Below are positions 32,455-42,983 of a DNA stretch of 55,255 bases, piece after piece. The stretch is from Tortispora ganteri (lineage: Eukaryota): the NCBI GenBank assembly GCA_003707115.1, contig PPNB01000038.1:1-55255 (forward strand). Reading direction: 5' to 3'. The position numbers and the translations under genes are program-made. The notes beneath the pieces were generated by a model. It saw nothing but the letters and a program-made list of their open reading frames with translations, was not told where the DNA came from and did no database searches. Numbering within the stretch: the first letter of the stretch is position 1; each line of letters opens with the position of its first letter.

Positions 32455-35400
32455 ATGCCGTATTCTTCTCCTGCAAAAAATACGTGTTCGTTAGAAGCTA
32501 CATCTCCTAGCTTTTCAAAGGATGCATACTCCAATACCAACACTAACCCTTCAGCTCACCGTGATAGTTTGACTGATTTGAATGTCATATTCCGTCGCCT
32601 CTCACCACGTCGCGCTAGCGTCTCCGAAACAGGTAAGTACCATTAGCCTCTGTGGTCTAGAGTTGTCTTTCCGGCCATTACCTCCGCCCCTTGATACTGT
32701 CTGCTTTTATTACTTTGATATATATCCTTCCGGGTCACCTCATGTTCTTCCTCGTTTGGCTATAAGGAGGTGGGGCCGGTATAAAATTGTCTCACAAGCG
32801 AGCTATCCATCCCTTCCGGTCGCTTAGCAGACAATACGCAATTAATACTTTGATGTCATCTGTTTAAGTTCTCCAAAAAAAGTCTAAATACTAAATATTG
32901 AAAGAGAAATGCAGAGCGCACAGAACCAACTGGCTAAAAATGAATCGTCCTGGAACTGCTGTTCTTCTTATATATACCAGCACTCGAGTCTTCCCAAACC
33001 GATGTTTCTTATACTGTAATCGTTAGCACCGTTGAGTGCTATCTCAGAACAACAGCTCTGTATTCCAGAACAATGTTCACTACTTGCTCTTATCGCGCCA
33101 CATTATACTCGAAAGTCGTTCTGTTTTAAAGTTTTCCTCCACTGTTTTTTGAGTTATTCAACGTCAAGGCCTAGGCATACGTCTATCTATATTCCTAATC
33201 CTAATCTGATCAGTTGAATGACTTTCCCGCTGGCAATTCAATCAATTATGTGCTTGATCAACAGTACTTCCGCGCGCAATAAATGTCATCTCTTTCTTGT
33301 ATGTTCTGCCTTTCTCTTTCTCTACTCTTTTGACCATTAACATACCCCCCAGTCTAGCTTCGCATTATATACTGTTCCAGACTTCGCTATTTCGCCATAA
33401 TTCCGCATCATAAAAGACAAGGAGGGAGTTCTTTCAGATCACTCCACTTTTTGATGATTCGCCGTATTTGACATTTCATAATTATGCCTGTATAGAAGGT
33501 TTACTTGACAATGTCGCGAAATCGGCGTCTCAAGCCCTTCCTTGTTCGCATCTTTAGGTTTTGATCAGCAACTCTTTTTTTTTCTCGTATTACGGGAGGC
33601 TTTTATTAATCAATCTTTCAACCCAATAATGTTTATTGTGGGTCGATTATTTTCGAAACGGTGATTGAATTTTAACTAACCTTATAGATCCTCAACTATC
33701 ATTGGCTAAACCGCCAGATGCATCTGAGTTTTACGCTTCTGGAAACTTAACTCATCAAGTTTCTGAGCATAATCATTCGCGCCATCCGCTCTCGATTCCT
33801 TGTAAAACCCCCTTCACAGACTTCTCTCCAACCTCCGACCAAAGCAGCGCAGATTCAAGCCCGTTATCAAACACTTCTAATAGTCAATTTTTGGATGCAT
33901 TTGACCCGATAACTACACTTTCAATCGAAGGTGCATCTACCACCTTATCTAAGGATTCGGAGATTGAAAACTCTAAATCTTTTTCAGGGTCAGGGGAACT
34001 ACGCCATGCTGCTGCGATCTCCTCTTCATTTGACTCCTCTACTTTACAGCATAGCAGTCCAGCAAATTTTCCGATTCCGTCTGATAACCACTCTTTCGCG
34101 GCCATAAAGGAAGATTCATCTCCTTCTTCGGATCCTCCTGTCGAAGATTTTTCTTCATCTAAGGGTACTCTTTATCCTACACTGTCGACAACTTCCTATA
34201 TTTCTCATCCCCTGAATCTAGCTGATTCTCTGACGCTTTGTAACATTTCAGCATCCCCGACCTCCTGTGTACCTCCGTTTACTTGTCCTATTATTTCGGA
34301 TCCTATTCCTACTGTTCGATCCCTTCCTGTTATGTCACAAATATCAACCGCTCTTCCTCAGCGATCCGAATCGTCTCTCGCATCATCACCTTACACTTCT
34401 AGAAGACATCATCGCTCCTCTGATAATCCGATTCATGGAAACAGCTTCTCAGTTAATAATATAAGAGAAGCTATTGCATCTTCAACAAGTCCTACTATTA
34501 GTGAATCAACTGCAAATACAGCAGTTCCGGAAACGCAAATCTCTATTTCGCATCCTCCTTCCACTATTCTTTCTACGCCTTCTGCAGGCCAGACTGCGGA
34601 TTCATTGCCCGAACTATCTCTCCATGAAAAATCATCACTCTTTTACTCTACGCCTATGATTAGTTACAAACATGGCGAACACAATATATCCTCGAACTCT
34701 AGTGATTCTTCAGCTAATTCTGTGGATACAGAAGATTCTGCAACATATGATCCGACTTTATCGCCGGCTATATCTCCTGATCTAACTGGCCTTCAGAAGT
34801 TGCATGATGCCATAAAATCTATGCCTCATATGTCTAAGCTACAGGCTGGTTCTCCTGAGCACTCTAGAAAATCATCTTTTCAGGCTAACTATCAATTGTC
34901 CTCTCCTAAAATTGGGCACATGGAGCCGGCTACAGCCCCTATACAATTATCTGATAATTCTACCAAGGTTTATTCTGAACCTGATTCTGAAACTGATTCT
35001 GAAGCTGAAACTTTACACGGATCATCATCTAGAGCTACTCTAACTCGATCGCAGTCTGCTCTGAACCTTGACCAGAACGACGATGCAGTAGGCGGATACC
35101 CATTGCACAGAACTGAATCGGCGCCTCATATAATTCGGAAGAAATCCGGTGAACTAGTACGACCATCATTGAAAAGTAATAGCCGCCCTGTTTCAGTGCC
35201 GTCCACTCCAACGTTTCCAAAAAATGTTCACTTTGATCCTGCACTTGTTCACGTTAGGCACTTTCTTAACTCTGAGAAGCCAAATGCCGTATCTGCGGAT
35301 TCTTCTCCTGTACGCGAAAAGGATGAGTCTGAACTATGGGTTGACGGACCATCTATGGACGATGAAAACTATGAAGCTGAAGAAGAGGATGATTATTTTA

Positions 35401-36845
35401 CATCTCCACGCTTTTCTCGTTTCCGCCGTACCAGTGCATCATATAGGCCGACAAAGAATTCTGCATATTCCCCTCGTCGGAGACGTAACAGTCTAGCACG
35501 TTTCACTATTCTGACTCCTAATTGGCCTAGCGAATCTCAACAGGTGGATAAGCGATGCACGGCTAACGTATTCATGGAGAAGGTTTACTTGTCCAATGAC
35601 AAGAAAAACCTCATAGGTCATGTGGCAGTGAGAAACATTGCGTTTGCGAAAACTGTTGTTGCCAAGTTTACCTTTGATTATTGGAAAACTATATCTGAAG
35701 TATATGCGCATTACAATGCCGACATAAGGGACCGAAACTTCACAGACCCGTTTGATCGTTTCACCTTCATCATTGCTTTGGATGGTATTAAGCAGCTAAC
35801 TTCCAAATCACTGTTTTTTTGCATAAGATACAGCGCTGGTGGAAACGATTTTTGGGACAATAATGACAGTCTGAATTACGAGGTGGATTTTCGGCCTTCG
35901 GGATCTAAATCACCAAATGTAGCAGACTCTGATTGTGAATATAGTGATGGAGCTAGCGTTGTCATTAGTGATGATGACAGCAGTTCTGTGGTTAGCGTTC
36001 CTGGAAGACGAGTTGCTGGACTTCGTACTCTTTTGCATACACCAAGTTCGGATGTTCTATTCAATTCTCTTGGAAAAGTTGAAGATATACCTCGAAAACT
36101 GCCAGAAGAAACTTCTAACACTTTGAACGGCTTGAAGAAATCTTCAGGCCACTCATCTGGAGATGTTATTGATAAGGCGCCTGGCAGAACGCGTGAGAGC
36201 AACTTGAATTCTCGGTACTCTTTTGGCAATAGTCTTAAACGAACACTTGGTCTAGGAACTGATAGCAATCATGCTATAGAGTCTAGCAATGCTAGTGTTT
36301 CTCCAACGTCCAGCTATTCGATTACTGAAACGGCTGACATGGAAGCTGGAATAAATGCCGAGTCTAAATCTTCTAAACCTGCTGCTCTCCCGGATAAAAT
36401 TAGAGAGAAGGTTGCGCACCTCACGAAAATGAGTCGCAGCGGAATACCAGATATTAGTTCGAATTCTTACAAAGATTTGATTGACTCCTTTTGTTTTTTC
36501 CAAACTCCCTCTTCGACTAATTCTGATACCCAATTTTCAGGGAGCAGTTTACCGAGAGATAGCCTTGAAAACCTTCACAAATCTCTTGGTAATGTCAGCA
36601 TAGATAATGATGATGCAACAACCACAGATACTGTCTCTTGTGGTTCTGACTCTGGCTCGAAATGTGTGAAAGAAGCTGAAGCAATTTTTGATGTATCTTC
36701 ACCTGGGGAACTTAGTCCTACTGCCTCTAATGGTTCAAGTGATGATGATGATGATATTTTACTGTCAAGAGTTGACGATGGTGCGAGCTCAAGTAACCGA
36801 TCATCACAGGCCACCTATCAAAAGACAATGCAGACTACTGCCTAA
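32455..36845 (+). CDS. PP1 glycogen-targeting subunit with CBM21 (Gac1/Gip-like); exon 1 32455-32632, intron 32633-33687, exon 2 33688-36845
   Basis: RKKSGELVRPSLK, SVPSTPT, KNVHF (RVxF), CBM21 (VRNIAFAK..FWDNN). The GTAAGT donor and ACTAAC-CTTATAG acceptor join in frame (phase 1). Confidence 0.85.
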
Positions 36846-37160
36846 TGGTTTTTTATCCTACACTGTCGAGGATTCATTTTTTACTATAACATGAGGGGTT
36901 ATACCCTACTGACGAGTAATAAAATCATTTTATATGAATTCGAACTCGATTTATTAACTTACACATACATTTGCATTTTATTAACTGACTTTCATGCGGT
37001 TCAGTTGATACAGACGCTATATCTTAGAGTATATATGAAGAAGTACACTTAGCCAGTAAAAACTTAAATTGTAATAAAGTTTGGAAAGAAGTAAACTGGG
37101 ACTTTTTTTCGCCTAACAGGATGTATCGACCTTGGAAAATTGCAGAATTGCACGTTTATA

Positions 37161-37709
37161 ATGCGATCTTTAACAGAGGAAGAGGCGAAGACTGTGTTTG
37201 AAAAACTAGCGGTATATGTTGGAAGGAATATATCTCTTATAGTGGATGATGCTGAAGATCCCCATAGTTTTGTTGTGCAGAAGAATCGAGTTTTTTATGC
37301 TCGAAGAAGATTGGAAAAACTGTCGACTAATTTTGCTAGAAAGAACTTGTTATCGGTAGGAACATGCATTGGCAAATTCACGAATCATGGAAAATTTATA
37401 TTGCATATTACAGCACTTGATCTGATATCTAAGTACGCGAAATACAAGTTGTGGGTGAAACCAAATGGAGAAATGCCATTTCTGTATGGGAACAACATAG
37501 TAAAAGCTCACATTGGTAAAATGAGTGATGACATACCTGAACATACAGGTGTTGTCATATATTCAATGAACGACACTCCGCTAGGGTTTGGATTAACAGC
37601 AAGAGCGACTGCTGAAGTCAGAGTTTTGGATCCTACGACTTTAGTGGCTCTAAGACAAGCCGATATTGGCGAATACCTCAGATCCGAAGAAACGCTTTTT
37701 GTTACTTAA
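37161..37709 (+). CDS. NIP7: 60S ribosome biogenesis protein (PUA domain)
   Basis: MRSLTEEE start, WVKPNGEMPFLYGN, QADIGEYLR. Confidence 0.96.
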   Translation: MRSLTEEEAKTVFEKLAVYVGRNISLIVDDAEDPHSFVVQKNRVFYARRRLEKLSTNFARKNLLSVGTCIGKFTNHGKFILHITALDLISKYAKYKLWVKPNGEMPFLYGNNIVKAHIGKMSDDIPEHTGVVIYSMNDTPLGFGLTARATAEVRVLDPTTLVALRQADIGEYLRSEETLFVT

Positions 37710-37759
37710 GATAATACATTTTTTGTAAGGAAGATCAATATCTGTTGGTTCACGTAGAC

Positions 37760-39550
37760 TTAACGTTTTCCTTTCTTTTTCTTCTTGGACACTGAAGCAC
37801 TCGACGTTTTCGCTTTAGAAACAGCACTCACAGCCAGATCTTCGGATACTTTACCAGTACCTTGAGTCGCGCCCAAAGTTTTCTTCCTGTCTTTACGTTT
37901 CGGCTTGTAGTAGCTTCTATCGCGCATAGGAAGCCATCTCTCTGGATCAGGCTGTCGGTTGGGGTCGTAGTTCTTAGGTAGTTTTCCTTTCACCTTCATG
38001 TCGCCGTCGAGTTTGATAGCATCCGGCTCGGTTTTGATATCCGCAGTTGTAGTGACAGGTCTAGCTAATCCGGCAGATAGCAGGCTAGTGACATCAATAT
38101 TACTCGTTAGTTCTTTAACAGATGGAAGAATAGAACTCATCTCTTCCGCCTTGTCAATATTATGCCATACAGATGTCGCAACAATACCCATCGGTGTCGC
38201 AGGGAACGATTTAGGGCACCTTATAGAGATCAATTTAGTCATCTTTGCTTCACTGTCGCATAATGCAAACAGATTATATAAATTCTCATCAAGGAAAAAG
38301 AGTGTCTTATCGGCCTGGCCATATAACCAGGACCGTATTTTCGTATGGCATTTGTCCGAAATTTGGCCGAGAATGTCGTATACAGATGCAATCGATTCAG
38401 GAGACGAGACAGCAAGGGTTTGAAACTCTCTTCTTGCCTGCGTCCAGTTGCTTTTGTTGATGTAGTACTGCATCTTCAACAGCGTAATATCTTTTCTGAT
38501 GTCACAATCATGCGAATTTTTGTGTTCTTTGATATAAGTTTTTAGAAAATGAAGCAAGTCGTCATCGTTCGATTGCTCAAAGGCATCAAGGATCATTATT
38601 ATTGCTGATATTGGGCTGGTGCTATCCACAGAAAGCTTTTGGTGAGGAGAGTAAGTCATTTTGGAAAGTCCACTGTGTTGTCCACACCGAGCAAGATACA
38701 ATGCCTTGTTTCTGTTCATTAGAGAACTATGAGTGTACAATACCTGAGATTTAATGCGCGATTGAAGCATCTCCAGTGCCTGAAACGGATTCTTTGGCTG
38801 ATTTATGGCCAGTTTCATCGTGTTGATAGAGAGGTTCAGGAATTCGTCATGGTTCTGAGTAATAGTATCTAGCATAGCAGCGCATTGATCTTTATCGCCC
38901 TTTAGAAGATACACGTACGCCAGTTGCACGTACATAGGGTTTAATTCAGAATTCATTTGCTCAGTAGTCATGTCTGAAGTCATTTTGCAAACCGAAATAG
39001 CTTTTTTAAGCAGGTTTACACAGTCGTCATACTCTTTCCTGTGCAGATAGGCAAACGACAAGTTGAACAATAAATCATAAGACTGTTCTCCTCCAGTTAT
39101 TTCGACAGTTTCTCCTACCATAGCCTTCGCAGCAACATAGTTAACAAATATATCAGCCTTATCTTGCTCGTTTGTGTCATTCGATCGCAGAAGCTGCTCG
39201 TAGATGTAAATGCACTTATCGAACTCTTCGAGGAAGAAATACATTTGCGCCGCTATAAGCTTCAAAGCGTATCCTTCAAAATTTTCAGCAATTTCAAGCA
39301 CAAAATAAAAGATTCTCCGTCTATAACTAATATATGCTACCTCTAAAGGAAACTGACCGGCGATATACGGAATGCTTTCTATGATCTTGCTGGCCGTACT
39401 GATATGGTCATCCCGTATAAGACGCAGTAGTTCTTCTCTTTTCACGTCCTTGCGCTCAGTCTTGCCGCGTTTATATCTCTTGGCCATTCTCTTTTTTTTC
39501 TGGTTCTCCGAAGAGATTTTCAGTTTAGATAATTGACCGTCAAGCGACAT
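37760..39550 (-). CDS. SRP72: Signal recognition particle subunit SRP72
   Basis: TPR-like N-half; LPKNYDP..PDPERWLPMRDRSYY..TQG RNA-binding motif; Lys-rich end; first ATG at 39550. Confidence 0.92.
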   Translation of the reverse strand: MSLDGQLSKLKISSENQKKKRMAKRYKRGKTERKDVKREELLRLIRDDHISTASKIIESIPYIAGQFPLEVAYISYRRRIFYFVLEIAENFEGYALKLIAAQMYFFLEEFDKCIYIYEQLLRSNDTNEQDKADIFVNYVAAKAMVGETVEITGGEQSYDLLFNLSFAYLHRKEYDDCVNLLKKAISVCKMTSDMTTEQMNSELNPMYVQLAYVYLLKGDKDQCAAMLDTITQNHDEFLNLSINTMKLAINQPKNPFQALEMLQSRIKSQVLYTHSSLMNRNKALYLARCGQHSGLSKMTYSPHQKLSVDSTSPISAIIMILDAFEQSNDDDLLHFLKTYIKEHKNSHDCDIRKDITLLKMQYYINKSNWTQARREFQTLAVSSPESIASVYDILGQISDKCHTKIRSWLYGQADKTLFFLDENLYNLFALCDSEAKMTKLISIRCPKSFPATPMGIVATSVWHNIDKAEEMSSILPSVKELTSNIDVTSLLSAGLARPVTTTADIKTEPDAIKLDGDMKVKGKLPKNYDPNRQPDPERWLPMRDRSYYKPKRKDRKKTLGATQGTGKVSEDLAVSAVSKAKTSSASVSKKKKKGKR

Positions 39551-39866
39551 TTTCGTTGTCAAAATGAAAATGTTCGTAATGTAAAAGTTGGTGAAGTCAA
39601 GTAGATAAAAAACCGTTCTAACCCTAGCTTCTCCTATTTCTATAAACAGTGTACACTGGCTCCGGTATGTTACATATACATATAAAATACACTACTAAAC
39701 AGGTATTGAACTGCGTTAAAATAATTAAATATCATTAAAAATGTCATTTGAGCTGTCTTCAGTCAAGTTTTTCAAGATACGAGAGTCGCAGTGAGGCAAA
39801 CACCCCATATAGGGTTCCCAAAGTATTCACCCATAGCCACTTAGATTGAAACGTCGCTCATAACTT

Positions 39867-40511
39867 ATGGCAGGCTTAGTGGACTATAGCTCTGATGAAT
39901 CCGACCATGAAATAAAAAAACCAGTTAAAAACTCAGTGAAATCAAATAATGCGTCGTCGTCGCTGTTCAAGAATTTGCCACAATCAGGAATTCGCAAGAA
40001 AAATAAGCGTGTACACAGGAAATACCTAAACTTGCCTGATCCATCAACTCTCTTAAACGACGCTGCAGAATCCGCAACACTGCTTCAAAACTCAGCTGAC
40101 GGTCACTCTATCCTAAAATCTCTATTCAAAGCAAGCTCGCAACCTGTTGAACACGTCCAAAGCGAAAGAAATGCTGTGCACGTCACCACCGTCCACAATG
40201 CTGATAATGTTGATCGCACTGACCTCACTGTTCCTGAGCACCCGCAAAGCGACCCCGACTCTCCTGCATTCATACCCGATATCCCTGATGATGATATACC
40301 TTCTTTTAACGTAGACGAATTTATCAGACAAGGAGGTATAAATGCACCAATAGAATCCACGGAAACCACCAATATACAGACGATAGGATCGGGCAAACAC
40401 CAATTATCATCGCTTTTACTATCCGCTACAGCACAACGCGATGCATTTCAGAAATCGTTTGACGATTCCAGGAGGTCCCGCAAAACTGCAAAACAGAAAT
40501 ATGCAATGTGA
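39867..40511 (+). CDS. PRCC C-terminal-domain protein
   Basis: GLVDYSSDES N-terminus; GKHQLSSLL..A...R..F..SF...R..RK.AK.KY C-terminus. Confidence 0.75.
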   Translation: MAGLVDYSSDESDHEIKKPVKNSVKSNNASSSLFKNLPQSGIRKKNKRVHRKYLNLPDPSTLLNDAAESATLLQNSADGHSILKSLFKASSQPVEHVQSERNAVHVTTVHNADNVDRTDLTVPEHPQSDPDSPAFIPDIPDDDIPSFNVDEFIRQGGINAPIESTETTNIQTIGSGKHQLSSLLLSATAQRDAFQKSFDDSRRSRKTAKQKYAM

Positions 40512-40519
40512 AGCTTGTG

Positions 40520-42829
40520 CTAAGTATCACCAATAACACTGCCGACTTCACTATCTCCACTAGATGACAATAACCTCCTGATTTCGCGACGAGTAGTGCG
40601 CAGAGAATTTATATCGTCCTCATCGTCACTTTGATACTCGTCTACAAGCATCCATATATCGTTCCGGCTCACTATCCCTAACAAGACGGACTTGCTCACT
40701 ATTAGTATATATTTCAAGCCCATCGATCTCGTGATTTCTTCCAGAACGCTGAAATGTGTTGTCGGCTCAAATGTCAACGGGCTCGCATCTAGGTATTTCC
40801 ACGCATTTAAGACCCGCGACTCGTCATTTTGATAAACGTTCTTTGAAAAACTCACTGGGCAATCATCGTCCAGCCCCATGAGCTCCGCATCGAAAATAAT
40901 CCTCGAAATCATCTTCCTGTTAATGTATCCTTGGAACACCTTGTCCCGGTAATTGTTCACTATAGGAAACCCAGAGAACGTGTGCGTTTCAATAATAGTT
41001 TTCAGACTATTGATAGTCGTTCCCTCCTCAGTTAATTTCACTAAATCATCATATGAAGTCATGACATTTTCAGCGACCTTATCTGGGACAGAATCTCCTC
41101 TATTAGGTAATACCGAGTATCCCAAAAAGGTGATATACTGGTCATAAATACTTCTTTTATCGAATGCATCGGCTACCCATTTTGCAATTAGAACCCCGAT
41201 CATAATAGGCAACACAAAAGTCAGTGCTCCTGTCAATTCAAACATGATGACAATAATGCAGACTGTCATTCTTGTGATCCCGCTCAAAGCTGCAGAAGCG
41301 CCAACTAATGCGTAAACGGCTGGATTTATGCACTTCCCGTCAGCTGCACAGGACTTAAAAAGGAATAATTTTGGAAAGCTTTTTTGCCAGACTTCCATGA
41401 TAATCCCTATTAGTCTGCCCATAGCCGCTCCGATGGTCATTGAAGGCAGAATAACGCCAGCAGGTACTCCTGATCCAAAGCTGTAAACCGAAAGTGTAAA
41501 TGCTATCACTATGGTTAAAATCAGCAGAAAAATCGTTGAGACATTTTTTTCGGCAACACAAAGAGGCGAAACGTCAGATGTAGTGCATTCTTTAAAAAGT
41601 TTTGAAAGAAGCACGAAATTTTCCATCCTCAAAAAAACAATTGGGTAGCTCACTATTGCTGTAATTAATCCTAGTATAGCTATTTCTCGAATTGGATTCT
41701 GCGCTATATGGCTTGATCGCCTCCACAAATTAATTCTAACATTGTACCTTGTGAAAAGTGTGCCGAAGAAGCCTCCAAGGATTCCTAGAAGAATAAATGG
41801 GCCTATTTCAAACCCATGCCATAATGTATCTGTAAAAGAAGCTTGGAACAGTACGAGTTTCCCTGTCCGGTACGAATTCATTGCTTGTAGAGACAAAGAG
41901 GCTATCATAGCTGCAACAAAGCTATTCCATAGCGCGCTTTCTGGGGAGTAGTAAGCTATTTGTTCAAGACTGAAAAGCACGCCGCCTATGGGAGCTCCAA
42001 ACGCCGCTGATATTCCAGCAGCAGATGCTGCTATGAAGACATTTCTCCTCCGTATTTCACTAGTATATAAATAGGGTATGATATTCATGAACGCATTGGC
42101 GGCGCAGCATGCTATGTGCACTAGAGGGCCTTCTTTGCCCACCCAAAGCCCCGATGAGACAGACAAAATCAGGCCGATCCATTTAGTCATGAATGTAGAA
42201 ATGCTCATGAAATCTGGGATGACGTAGCCACTTACAACAGTTTTTACTTCACTGATACCGCTCCCTCGGGCGGCAGGGGCGTAGTAACTGACGAATAAAG
42301 CGGATGTTGTCGATAGCGCGATTGTAAATAAGATGTATAGGAAATAGTCTATTATGTATGCAGGGAAAGCAGCATTAGCACCTATGGCCTGGTTCCACTT
42401 GATCCAGTTGGGGCAGATATCTGAAGACTCGTACCAGCAGCAGTAGGTTTTGGCAAGGTAGAATCCTGAATTGCATGTTCCGGTTTTAATGTCGCCTAAC
42501 CAGTTCACGACTATGTCTATAGTACTTTCGACGAACCCTGTCAGCAGTCCCGCCACTATTATGACAATCAGTACAGCTGCATGATCAAACAAATATCGCA
42601 GCTTCCCAGAGAACGACGTATCCTCCGACAACTCCATACTGCGCTTCCTATCTTTCGCATACTCATTGGTCCAATTTATAGATTCGCTCTCAACAGTTGA
42701 TCGTATACCGTGCGCGGCGGCATTGGGTATTGGCTGAAACGGATTTCCTAAAACATCATGCAGTGCGATATTAGAGAATGAGCTCTCTCTGTTCCGGAAC
42801 TTTGTCCAATATCGAATACTTCTCCACAT
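40520..42829 (-). CDS. CLC chloride channel/transporter with CBS domains
   Basis: GSGISE, GKEGP, GGVLFSLEQ, PAGVILP, IMFELTG, SIYD, two CBS domains; first ATG at 42829. Confidence 0.93.
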   Translation of the reverse strand: MWRSIRYWTKFRNRESSFSNIALHDVLGNPFQPIPNAAAHGIRSTVESESINWTNEYAKDRKRSMELSEDTSFSGKLRYLFDHAAVLIVIIVAGLLTGFVESTIDIVVNWLGDIKTGTCNSGFYLAKTYCCWYESSDICPNWIKWNQAIGANAAFPAYIIDYFLYILFTIALSTTSALFVSYYAPAARGSGISEVKTVVSGYVIPDFMSISTFMTKWIGLILSVSSGLWVGKEGPLVHIACCAANAFMNIIPYLYTSEIRRRNVFIAASAAGISAAFGAPIGGVLFSLEQIAYYSPESALWNSFVAAMIASLSLQAMNSYRTGKLVLFQASFTDTLWHGFEIGPFILLGILGGFFGTLFTRYNVRINLWRRSSHIAQNPIREIAILGLITAIVSYPIVFLRMENFVLLSKLFKECTTSDVSPLCVAEKNVSTIFLLILTIVIAFTLSVYSFGSGVPAGVILPSMTIGAAMGRLIGIIMEVWQKSFPKLFLFKSCAADGKCINPAVYALVGASAALSGITRMTVCIIVIMFELTGALTFVLPIMIGVLIAKWVADAFDKRSIYDQYITFLGYSVLPNRGDSVPDKVAENVMTSYDDLVKLTEEGTTINSLKTIIETHTFSGFPIVNNYRDKVFQGYINRKMISRIIFDAELMGLDDDCPVSFSKNVYQNDESRVLNAWKYLDASPLTFEPTTHFSVLEEITRSMGLKYILIVSKSVLLGIVSRNDIWMLVDEYQSDDEDDINSLRTTRREIRRLLSSSGDSEVGSVIGDT

Positions 42830-42983
42830 AACACCGAAATACAAGGGCAGGTTAGAGGACGCAAGTGTAGTTGAGTATGAACTTTATGTCAAATAAGATT
42901 TGGCAACCACAGCGCTTCAATTTACACACCCCATGCACAACTACCCCGGAATCGTTCTCGCTAATATCACGCTTACGCACTAA

